DNA from: Sphingomonadaceae bacterium
Lineage (GTDB): Bacteria > Pseudomonadota > Alphaproteobacteria > Sphingomonadales > Sphingomonadaceae
Assembly (NCBI GenBank): GCA_031421275.1
Contig: JANOOK010000012.1
Coordinates: 7,773-71,772 of the forward strand
DNA length: 64,000 nucleotides
Direction: 5' to 3'
The first letter of the stretch is position 1, and each line of letters starts with the position of its first letter. Shown here piece by piece: positions 20,274 to 28,519 of this stretch. A model generated the notes under the pieces. It searched no databases and was not told the origin of the DNA. It saw nothing but the letters and a program-made list of their open reading frames with translations. A program made the translations under genes and the position numbers.

Positions 20274-20940
20274 CGGGAAAGCTGGCGCGGCCGAGCAGGC
20301 CCATGCCGTCGACGATATCGGCCGCGATCGCGGCCGACAGCGCGTCGGGGTCGTTCGCGGCGATCGCGTCGAGCGCAACGGCATGCTGGTCGATCAGGCC
20401 ACTGGTCCCGTAGCGCCCGTAGACGAGCCGCATGAACGGTCCGAACTGCAGCCACAGCGCCTCGATCGCCCGGTTGAGCGTCGGTCGTTCATTGGCGCGG
20501 TAAATGCCGAAGTGGAACGCGTGATTGGCTTCCATATAGGCGATCGGATCACCCGCCGCGATCGCCCGGTCGAGCGCCTCGTCGGACGCGCGCAGCTCGC
20601 GCAGCAGCACGGGTCCGATATGGCACAAGGCGAACGCGGCGGCGGCGGGTTCGAGCAGCAGCCGGCAATCGAGCAGGTCGGTGAAGCGCTCGATCGTCAT
20701 TTCGGGCACTTCGATCCGCCGCTTCGAACGGATCGCGATCGCCCCATCGGCGGCCAGACGGCTCAGGGCATCGCGCACCGGCATTTGGCTGATGCCCAGC
20801 TCGGCCGCCAGCCCGCGGGTCGATAGGCTGACGCCGGGCATGATCTTGCCGGTCAGGATGCGGCGGCGCAATTCCTCGTAGACGCTCGCATGCAGCGCCA
20901 GACCGGGCGTCGGTTGACCATCGAGGGGAGGCGCGACCAT
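20227..20940 (-). CDS. GntR (FadR/FCD subfamily) transcriptional regulator
   Basis: wHTH STRGLAAELGISQMPVRDAL; FCD domain RLLLE, NHAFH, QHAVAL. Confidence 0.9.
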   Translation of the reverse strand: MVAPPLDGQPTPGLALHASVYEELRRRILTGKIMPGVSLSTRGLAAELGISQMPVRDALSRLAADGAIAIRSKRRIEVPEMTIERFTDLLDCRLLLEPAAAAFALCHIGPVLLRELRASDEALDRAIAAGDPIAYMEANHAFHFGIYRANERPTLNRAIEALWLQFGPFMRLVYGRYGTSGLIDQHAVALDAIAANDPDALSAAIAADIVDGMGLLGRASFPATALGAPDWPHRARS

Positions 20941-20947
20941 CGCGATC

Positions 20948-20957
20948 TGCTATCACA
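20948..20957. promoter_or_regulatory. Operator variant TGCTATCACA between divergent gntR and puuB
   Basis: 8/10 match to TGTGATCACA in a 35-bp intergenic gap; shares the ATCTGCnATCACA context with the 26340 copy. Confidence 0.5.
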
Positions 20958-20975
20958 TCCGCAGAGGGCAAGTGA

Positions 20976-22259
20976 ATGATGAACGACGGTCTTGGCATGG
21001 CGGGCTCGTGGTATGCCGCGGTCGCCGCGAATGCACCCGCGCATGCCGCGTTGACCGGTGCGACCCAGACCGACCTCGTCGTCATCGGCGGCGGTGCGAC
21101 GGGCGTGTCGGCAGCGCTCCATGCGGCGCAGGCCGGCGCTCGGGTCGTCTTGCTCGAAGGCGGCCGGATCGGCTGGGGTGCGTCGGGGCGGAATGGCGGC
21201 CAGATCATCCCGGGCTTGCGCAAGGGCGCGGTCGAGCTGATCGCCGCTTACGGTGCGGAGCGGGCGCGGGCGCTGTTCGAACTTGCGCTCGAAGCGCGGA
21301 CGCTGGTGCTGAAGCTGATCGCCGAGCATGCGATCGACTGCGACCTCAGGCTGACCGGTCACCTGCTGGGCGCGATCAAGCCGGGCCAGCTGCGCGGCTT
21401 CGAGGCCGAGGTGCGCGCCCTCGAAGACATCTTGGCCTACCGTCACGCGCGCGTGCTGACGGCGGCGGCGACCGGGCGCGAAGTCGCCGCCGCTTATCAC
21501 GGCGCGCTGCTCGACGACGGCGGCGGCCACTTCAACACGCTCAACTATACGCTCGGACTGGCGCGGGCGGCCTGTACCGCCGGGGCGGTTTTATATGAGC
21601 ATACGCCCGCACTGTCGGTCGAGCGGTTCGCCACCGGCGCGGTCGTCAAGACGCCGGGCGGGGTGGTCAACGCGCGGCACGTGCTGCTCGCCGGCGATGC
21701 GCTGATGGAGGGTGTCGATGCGCGCGTCGGCGGTCGGATCATGCCGGTCGCCAACTATATCGTCACGACCGCACCACTCGCCGACCCTGCAGCGCTGATC
21801 GCGCACGATCGGGCTGTGTCCGACGCGCGGTTCGTGGTCAACTATTACCGTTGCACCCCCGATGGCCGCCTGATGTTCGGCGGCGGCGAGCGGTACACCC
21901 GAACGCCGCCGGTGGACATCGCGGCTGCCGTGCGCCCGTTCCTCGAACGGACCTTCCCGCAGTTGCGCGGCATCGGCATCGACCATGCCTGGGGCGGGTT
22001 GGTATCGGTGACGATGAGCCGGATGCCCGACATCGGCCGCGACGGGCCGGTGTTGTGGGCGCACGGCTATTCTGGACAGGGTGCCATCCTGTCGACGCTG
22101 GGCGGCGCGCTGATGGCCGAAGCTGCCCTCGGCAATCCCACTCGCCTCGACCGCTTCGCCGGGGTCGCACCGGGGGCCTTTCCCGGTGGCCGGGCCCTGC
22201 GAGGGCCGCTGCACGTGCTCGGAATGCTGTGGTATGCGATGCGTGACCGGCTCGGTTGA
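20976..22259 (+). CDS. FAD-dependent oxidoreductase (PuuB gamma-glutamylputrescine oxidase family)
   Basis: VIGGGATG, GASGRNGGQ, DGRLMFGG, AWGG, AHGYSGQG, FPGG. Confidence 0.88.
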   Translation: MMNDGLGMAGSWYAAVAANAPAHAALTGATQTDLVVIGGGATGVSAALHAAQAGARVVLLEGGRIGWGASGRNGGQIIPGLRKGAVELIAAYGAERARALFELALEARTLVLKLIAEHAIDCDLRLTGHLLGAIKPGQLRGFEAEVRALEDILAYRHARVLTAAATGREVAAAYHGALLDDGGGHFNTLNYTLGLARAACTAGAVLYEHTPALSVERFATGAVVKTPGGVVNARHVLLAGDALMEGVDARVGGRIMPVANYIVTTAPLADPAALIAHDRAVSDARFVVNYYRCTPDGRLMFGGGERYTRTPPVDIAAAVRPFLERTFPQLRGIGIDHAWGGLVSVTMSRMPDIGRDGPVLWAHGYSGQGAILSTLGGALMAEAALGNPTRLDRFAGVAPGAFPGGRALRGPLHVLGMLWYAMRDRLG

Positions 22260-22289
22260 TAGCGGCATTGCTGCAACGTCTTGGTAAAA

Positions 22290-22299
22290 TGTGATCACG
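22290..22299. promoter_or_regulatory. Operator variant TGTGATCACG upstream of the TBDR
   Basis: 9/10 match to TGTGATCACA, just upstream of a TTGACG hexamer. Confidence 0.6.
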
Positions 22300-22365
22300 G
22301 ACCCTTGACGAGTGGTGCGGTGCGGCGGATCGTCCTGTCTTGATCGAGCCGGAGGGGGATGTCGG

Positions 22366-24831
22366 ATGCGCCGCGATACGATCGTCGTGAACAGCTTGCT
22401 CGTCGGCATCGCCACTGTTGCCTTGGCGTGGCCGGCGGCGGCGCAGATCACCGCACCCGGCGGTCCGCAACCTTCGGGCGACCGGTCGGTGGCACCGGGG
22501 GCCGCCACTGATGGTGAGATCGTGGTCACCGCGACGCGCAAGGCCGAACTGTTGAGCCGCGTCCCGATCAGCGTCAGCGCCTTCAGCAACGCCAAGCTCG
22601 AGGTGCTCGGCATCAAGTCCTTTGCCGAAGTCCAGCGGTTCACGCCGGGGGTGCAGTTCGACCCCGAGCGCAAGGACATCGCGATCCGCGGCGTCAGCAG
22701 CCAGGCCGGCACGGGAACCACCGGCATCTACATCGACGATACGCCGATCCAGGTCCGCGCCCTCGGGCTGAACGCCAACAACACCGCGCCGGTGGTCTTC
22801 GATCTCGACCGGGTCGAGGTCTTGCGCGGCCCGCAGGGCACCTTGTTCGGCGCCGGGTCCGAAGGCGGGACGGTGCGCTACATCACCCCGCAACCGGGCC
22901 TCGACAGCTATACCGGTTACGCCCGCGCCGAGACGTCGTTCACCCAGAAGGGCGCGCCGAGTTATGAGGCCGGGGCCGCGCTCGGCGGACCGATCGTCAC
23001 CGATACACTTGGATTTCGCGCCTCGGCCTATTACCGGCGCGAGGGCGGTTACATCGACCGCGTCGACTATCAGACACTGGCGCCGGTCGAGCGGAACGCC
23101 AATCATGCCGAGACGCTGGCGTTGCGGGCGGCACTGGCGTGGAAGCCGGTCGACGCCGTGACGATCACGCCGTCGATCTTCCACCAGGATCGCACCCAGC
23201 GTCAGAACGATCGCTATTGGGTCGGTATCTCGGATCCGAACCATGGGCGGTTTCTGAACGGGACACCCGACCGGCAAGCCGACAAGGACCGCTTCACGCT
23301 GGCGTCGCTGAAAATCGAGGCGCGTCTCGGCGGCGTCACACTGACCAGCGACGGCAGCTATTTCAGGCGCAACGAGGCGGTCAACGGCTATTCCGGGACG
23401 CTGTACAATCTGTCGCTGTTCCAGCAGCTGCTGACCAACGGCAACGCCGACGGTACGACCGGTCAGAACTTCAATCTCGATCCCTACACCAATGCAACGC
23501 AGGCGACCTCGGCCGCCGGATATCCGCTGCTCACCGCGACCGGCATCGCGCTGCCGCAGTTTCCGAATTACGTCGCGCAGGTCAATATCGCGAACAGGCA
23601 GGAGAACTTCACCCAGGAGGTGCGGCTGCAGTCGGCGGACGCGGACGGGCGCTTTTCGTGGGTCGCCGGGGTGTTCTTCCAGTCGAGCCGGCAGACCAGT
23701 GTCGAGGAGATCAACGATCCGCTGTTGCCGCAACTCGTCCCGGCGCTGTTCGGCGGCACCTTCCTCGACTTCACCGAAGGCATCCCGCTGCTGCCGAACG
23801 GCGACAGCTATATCAACAGCACCACCGGCAAGGACCGCCAGATCGCGCTGTTCGCCGACGCCACCTTCGCGCTGACGCCGCAGCTCAAGATCAATGCCGG
23901 TGTCCGCTATGCGTGGACCAAATACAGCTTCGTCAATTTCTCCGATGGTGCGCAGAACATCGGTTTCCGGAGCGGCAACGGCGGCAAGTCGGAGACGCCG
24001 TTCACGCCGAAGGTCAGCGTCAATTACCAGGCCACGCCGGACAATCTGTTCTACGGCACCGTCGCCAAGGGCTTCCGGATCGGCGGTGCCAATCCGCCGA
24101 TCCCGCTGTCGCTCTGCGCCGCCGACATCGCCAAGCTCGGCGGCGTGCCGTCGACCTACGCGTCGGATAGCGTCTGGAGCTACGAGCTCGGGTCCAAGAA
24201 CAAGCTGTTCAGCCGTAAGCTGAATTTCTCGGGCAGCGCCTATTATCTTGAATGGAAGAACATCCAGCAGGCGAGCTATCTGACCTCGTGCGGGTTCCAG
24301 TACACCGGCAATTTCGGCACCGTGCACAGCAAGGGTTTCGACGCGCAGTTCCAGTGGCTGGCCGCCAAGGGGCTGAACCTCGATCTGGCGGTCGGCTATA
24401 CCAGTGCGCGCTATGCCAAGACCACCGCGTCGCTCGGCAGCGGCAATCTGAGCACCTTGGGCGATACCGTGCCCGGCGTCGCGCCATGGACGGTGACCGC
24501 CGGCGCGCAGTATGATTTTCAGGTCGGCAGTCACAACGCCTTCGTTCGCGGCGATTATGAGTTCCGCAGCCGCAACCCCTATCTGCCGCCGATCCAGAAC
24601 CCACTCAGCGCCGTCAGCGATCTCGCGCTGGTCAACGATCCCGCCACGGCGCAGGTCAGTCTGCGGACCGGCATCACGGTCCACGGTGTCAGTGCGGAAG
24701 CGTTCGTCAACAACCTCGCCAACGTCCACCCGCAGCTCGGACTGGCGCACGAAGACCAGTACACCCTGCTGTTCGAGGCGCAGACCATCCGGCCGCGGAC
24801 GTTCGGACTATCGCTGTCGTATCGTTACTGA
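22366..24831 (+). CDS. TonB-dependent receptor within the polyamine locus
   Basis: Signal peptide; TonB box EIVVTAT; plug motif DLDRVEVLRGPQGTLFGAGSEGG; C-terminal PRTFGLSLSYRY; GGAGG SD-like sequence upstream. Confidence 0.95.
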   Translation: MRRDTIVVNSLLVGIATVALAWPAAAQITAPGGPQPSGDRSVAPGAATDGEIVVTATRKAELLSRVPISVSAFSNAKLEVLGIKSFAEVQRFTPGVQFDPERKDIAIRGVSSQAGTGTTGIYIDDTPIQVRALGLNANNTAPVVFDLDRVEVLRGPQGTLFGAGSEGGTVRYITPQPGLDSYTGYARAETSFTQKGAPSYEAGAALGGPIVTDTLGFRASAYYRREGGYIDRVDYQTLAPVERNANHAETLALRAALAWKPVDAVTITPSIFHQDRTQRQNDRYWVGISDPNHGRFLNGTPDRQADKDRFTLASLKIEARLGGVTLTSDGSYFRRNEAVNGYSGTLYNLSLFQQLLTNGNADGTTGQNFNLDPYTNATQATSAAGYPLLTATGIALPQFPNYVAQVNIANRQENFTQEVRLQSADADGRFSWVAGVFFQSSRQTSVEEINDPLLPQLVPALFGGTFLDFTEGIPLLPNGDSYINSTTGKDRQIALFADATFALTPQLKINAGVRYAWTKYSFVNFSDGAQNIGFRSGNGGKSETPFTPKVSVNYQATPDNLFYGTVAKGFRIGGANPPIPLSLCAADIAKLGGVPSTYASDSVWSYELGSKNKLFSRKLNFSGSAYYLEWKNIQQASYLTSCGFQYTGNFGTVHSKGFDAQFQWLAAKGLNLDLAVGYTSARYAKTTASLGSGNLSTLGDTVPGVAPWTVTAGAQYDFQVGSHNAFVRGDYEFRSRNPYLPPIQNPLSAVSDLALVNDPATAQVSLRTGITVHGVSAEAFVNNLANVHPQLGLAHEDQYTLLFEAQTIRPRTFGLSLSYRY

Positions 24832-24865
24832 TCGTCGGGCCGGGCCGCACGACACGACTGCACGT

Positions 24866-26209
24866 TTAAACCTTCAGCAACAGATGCTCGCGCTCCCACG
24901 AGGAGATGACATCCTGATACGCGTCGAGTTCGGCCTGCTTGATGGCGATGAAGGTATCGATGAAGTCCTCGCCGAGGTGCGACCGGACCGGCTTGCATTG
25001 CCCAAAGCGGTCGAGCGCCTCGTAGAGCGTCCGCGGCAGGCTGCGTGCCATCCGATACGCCGACCCGGTGATCCGGTCGCGGGGCTCATAATCGTCGACC
25101 ATGCCGATATAGCCGCAGAGCAACGACGCGGCGATCGCCAGATACGGATTGCTGTCGGCCCCGGGCAGCCGGTTCTCGACACGTCGGTCCTGTCCGCCCG
25201 ATAGCGGCACCCGCAGCCCGCAGGTCCGGTTGTCGAGCCCCCACTGCGTGTTGATCGGCGCATCGTGCTGCGGCTTCATCCGCCGGAAACTGTTGACGTT
25301 GGGCGCGAACAACGGTGCGACCGCCGGCAGCAGCTTTTGCAGACCGCCGATGTAACCGTGGAAAAGCTCCGAATCCTCGCCGTCGTCGCCGGCGAAGATA
25401 TTCTTGCCGGCGCGGTCGATCACCGACTGATGCAGGTGCATCGCCGATCCCGGCTGGTGCTGCATCGGTTTCGCCATGAAGGTGGCATAGATGCCGTGGC
25501 GCAGCGCCACCTGGCGGATGACGCGCTTGAACAGCAGCACCTGGTCGGCAAGCTCGAGCGGATCGCCGTGCTGGAAGTTGATCTCCAACTGACCCGCGCC
25601 GCTCTCGTGGATCAGCGTATCGATCTCGAGCCGGGCCTTTTCGGCGAAGTCGTACAGTTCCTCGATCAGGTCCTCATACTCGTTGACCGCCTCCAGCCCA
25701 TAAGGTTCGGAGGTCGTCTCGGCCCGGCCGGAGCGGCCCACCGGACTCTGCAGCGGGAAATCGGGGTCGGTGTTCTTGGCGGTCAGGAAAAATTCCAGTT
25801 CGGGCGCGACCACCGGAACCCAGCCGCGGTCGCTGTACAGCTGGATCACCTTTTTCAGGATATGCCGCGGCGCGATCGCGAGCGCCTCGCCGGTCGAGAC
25901 GAAAGCGTCGGTGATCACGTAGGCGGTCGGTGTCGTATAACCCGGCGCGATGCGGATCGTGCTGGCATCGGGCACCAGCACGACATCGGCATCGGTCACC
26001 GAAAACGCGGCGTCTTCGGGATAGTCGCCGGTCACCGTCACGCTGAAGATCGACGACGGAATCCGCAGCGACCGGTCCTCGACCATCCGCAGGAATTTCG
26101 GCGCGGGCACCACCTTGCCGCGGATGATGCCGTTCATGTCGGGCACGATGCACTCGACCTCGGCGATCCCATGGGCGGCGATCCATTGCGCAATGTCGGC
26201 TTGGGTCAT
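24866..26209 (-). CDS. Second GS-like gamma-glutamylpolyamine synthetase (SpuB/PauA type)
   Basis: EVECIVPDMNGIIRGK, VAPELEFF, HESGAGQLEINF, FMAKPM, GSAMHLHQS, ENRLPGADSNPYL, SSWEREHLLL. Confidence 0.92.
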   Translation of the reverse strand: MTQADIAQWIAAHGIAEVECIVPDMNGIIRGKVVPAPKFLRMVEDRSLRIPSSIFSVTVTGDYPEDAAFSVTDADVVLVPDASTIRIAPGYTTPTAYVITDAFVSTGEALAIAPRHILKKVIQLYSDRGWVPVVAPELEFFLTAKNTDPDFPLQSPVGRSGRAETTSEPYGLEAVNEYEDLIEELYDFAEKARLEIDTLIHESGAGQLEINFQHGDPLELADQVLLFKRVIRQVALRHGIYATFMAKPMQHQPGSAMHLHQSVIDRAGKNIFAGDDGEDSELFHGYIGGLQKLLPAVAPLFAPNVNSFRRMKPQHDAPINTQWGLDNRTCGLRVPLSGGQDRRVENRLPGADSNPYLAIAASLLCGYIGMVDDYEPRDRITGSAYRMARSLPRTLYEALDRFGQCKPVRSHLGEDFIDTFIAIKQAELDAYQDVISSWEREHLLLKV

Positions 26210-26339
26210 ATCCACTCTCGTCTTTCGAACGGGCTGGCCGCAGCAGACGCGCCCCGGCGTCGGTACACGAGGGATCAGCCGAGCCGGCGCAGGCTCGCGG
26301 GACCGCCACAGCCGCCGATTTTCTATGACCCCACTCATC

Positions 26340-26349
26340 TGCGATCACA
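26340..26349. promoter_or_regulatory. Operator variant TGCGATCACA between the divergent GS-2 and amidohydrolase genes
   Basis: 9/10 match to TGTGATCACA. Confidence 0.6.
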
Positions 26350-26428
26350 AGGGCAGCGGTTGCATTCGTGCCGCGGCTGCCGCAGACGGGAGGCACGCAA
26401 GTGGCCGTCCGTCACCCGGGGGCAAGCG

Positions 26429-28411
26429 ATGCCGATCTCCTTCCGCGTCTGTCTGCTCCTGGCCTGCGCGCAGGCCGGCGCGGGTCGCGCCGCCCCGCCC
26501 GAACTCGTCGTGTTGTCCTCGCATATCACGACCGTCGATCCGGCCCGGCCGGCGGCGATCGCGTTCGCGGTCACGGCGGGGCGGTTTTCCTACGTCGGCG
26601 ACGCCGTGACGGCGCTGCGGCTGGCTGGTCCGAACACCCGTGTCCTGCAGCTCGGCGACGCGCGTGTTCTGCCGGGGCTGGTCGATGCTCACCTCCATCC
26701 GCTCGGCATCGTCGACTTCGACGTCTGCGATCTTCGATCGGCCGCCCGGAGCCTGCGGGAGATCGGCGAGATCGTCGCCGAATGCGTGCGCCGCTATCGG
26801 GTGCAGCCCGGTGCCTGGCTCAACGTCCAGCAGTGGAACTTCTCGAACGGCAACCAGAGCGATGCCGACGATCCAACCCTGCGGGCGGCGCTCGACCGGG
26901 CGGCACCCGACAATCCGGTGCAGCTGCTCGGCAACGACGGACACCATGGTGCCTTCAATTCCGCGGCGTTGCGGTTGGCTGCGTTGCCACGCCGGCCGGT
27001 AGTGGGGCTGAGTGCGGCGACGCTGGCGGGACCGTTCGCGGGCTACCGTGAACTGATCGGCGTCGACCAGCACGGCGAACCGTCGGGCGGAGTCAACGAA
27101 AACGCGCGTGCGCTGTTGGGACAGCCGGCGCTGTCGATCGTCGACGTGGCGGCGGTGATGACCGCACCCGAAAAGGTCACGCAGCGACTGAACGCGGCCG
27201 GCATCACGGCATTCCTCGACGCCGCCGCCGAACCCCGCTCGCTCGTCGTCTACGAGACGTTACGCGACCGCGGTCGCCTCAGCGCGCATGCCAGCCTCGC
27301 ACAATTTTATGATCCGGACCTCGTGACGACCGCGGCAGGATTGCCGGACTATGATCGGATCGTCGCCGACGCCGTTGCCGTGCGCGACCGCTACGCCCGC
27401 GATCCGCTTATCCGCGCCGACACCGTCAAGCTGTTCGCCGATGGTGTGCTCGAGGGCGATCCTCTCGCGACCCCGCCGACCTTGCCCGAAGCGCCGGCGC
27501 TCAAGCCGTATCTTCAGCCGATCTTCGGCCGCGATGCCAGCGGCCGCGCGACGTTCAGTGGCCAGTACGTCGATACCGCCAGCCCGCTGTGTGTCGAAGC
27601 GCGGGCGTCGGCCCCCGATACGGCGGCGTTCCAGGCGAAAAACGGCTTTCACCCGGCGCAATGCACGATCGGTTCGGGCCGACTGCAGCACCGCCGCGAG
27701 GTCATCATGGAGTTTGTCCGCCGGATGCACGCGGCGGGGTTGACGCTCCACATCCACGCCATCGGCGATGCGGCGGTGAGGACGGCGGTCGACGCGCTCG
27801 AGGCCGCGCGGGCGGGGGAAGCGCCGGGCACCGTGCTACGTCCCGACACCCTCGCGCATCTGCAGCTGGTGGCAGCCGACGATATCGCGCGGATCGGTCG
27901 CGACCGGCTGTTCGTCGCGATGACCTACTCGTGGATCTACACCGACAAGGAGTATGACCTCTCGGTCATCCCGTTCGTACAGACGGTCACCGGCGACAGC
28001 GCGGCGGCGCTCCACCAGGCGGACAGCTATTACGAGCAGCAGGCCTATCCGGTCGGTGCCTTGCAAGCCGCCGGAGCGACGCTTATCGCCGGCTCGGACG
28101 CACCGGTATCGACCCGCGATCCGCAGCCCTTCGTCAATATGCAGGCAGCGGTCACGCGCGCCCAGGGCACGACCCCGCCGCTCGGCGCCCGTTCGCAAGC
28201 GATCAGTATCGGCGATGCGGTCCAGTCCTATACACTCGACGGTGCCAGGTCACTCGGCCGAGACAACGAGTTCGGCTCGATCGCCGTCGGCAAATCGGCA
28301 GATTTCATTGTCCTCGACCGCGATATCATGACCTCGCCGGCGGCGCTGATCGGCAGCGCCAAAGTCGTGAAGACCTTTTTTCAGGGCAGCCTTGTCTACC
28401 CGTCGCAATGA
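26429..28411 (+). CDS. Exported metal-dependent amidohydrolase (Amidohydro_3 / YtcJ-like)
   Basis: Signal-like N-terminus; PGLVDAHLH, DGHH, KLFADGVLE, HIHAIGD, AHLQL, AGSDAPV, GSIAVGKSADFIVLDRD. Confidence 0.9.
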   Translation: MPISFRVCLLLACAQAGAGRAAPPELVVLSSHITTVDPARPAAIAFAVTAGRFSYVGDAVTALRLAGPNTRVLQLGDARVLPGLVDAHLHPLGIVDFDVCDLRSAARSLREIGEIVAECVRRYRVQPGAWLNVQQWNFSNGNQSDADDPTLRAALDRAAPDNPVQLLGNDGHHGAFNSAALRLAALPRRPVVGLSAATLAGPFAGYRELIGVDQHGEPSGGVNENARALLGQPALSIVDVAAVMTAPEKVTQRLNAAGITAFLDAAAEPRSLVVYETLRDRGRLSAHASLAQFYDPDLVTTAAGLPDYDRIVADAVAVRDRYARDPLIRADTVKLFADGVLEGDPLATPPTLPEAPALKPYLQPIFGRDASGRATFSGQYVDTASPLCVEARASAPDTAAFQAKNGFHPAQCTIGSGRLQHRREVIMEFVRRMHAAGLTLHIHAIGDAAVRTAVDALEAARAGEAPGTVLRPDTLAHLQLVAADDIARIGRDRLFVAMTYSWIYTDKEYDLSVIPFVQTVTGDSAAALHQADSYYEQQAYPVGALQAAGATLIAGSDAPVSTRDPQPFVNMQAAVTRAQGTTPPLGARSQAISIGDAVQSYTLDGARSLGRDNEFGSIAVGKSADFIVLDRDIMTSPAALIGSAKVVKTFFQGSLVYPSQ

Positions 28412-28519
28412 TCCGATCGCGACTCCGCGCGTCGCGTCGACGGCGCGATCGAACCAGCGGCGTTGCCCGGTATCATCCGCTTTGCTACGGTTCTGTGACA
28501 ATCGGGGAGGAGCCGAACC

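Noticed and set aside
25910-25919. GGTGATCACG resembling the polyamine operator
   Set aside because: It lies inside the GS-2 coding sequence and is explained by common Val-Ile-Thr codons.
25265-26428. Apparent N-terminal extensions of ORFs 25265-28411, 36841-39333, 47864-49555, 47900-49687, 52194-55664 and 59263-62706, which suggest giant fusions
   Set aside because: The extensions overlap real genes on the other strand or frame; family motifs, signal peptides and SD sites indicate internal starts.
26210-26428. Long GC-rich leaders with small hairpins (also 59776-60027) as riboswitches
   Set aside because: I recognised no conserved cobalamin, TPP, SAM or glycine riboswitch motifs; an Rfam scan would be needed.
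28484-28501. Reverse-strand Pho-box-like TTGTCAC-AGAA-CCGTAGC upstream of sulP
   Set aside because: The second half-site is poor and the orientation is opposite to sulP; too weak to call.
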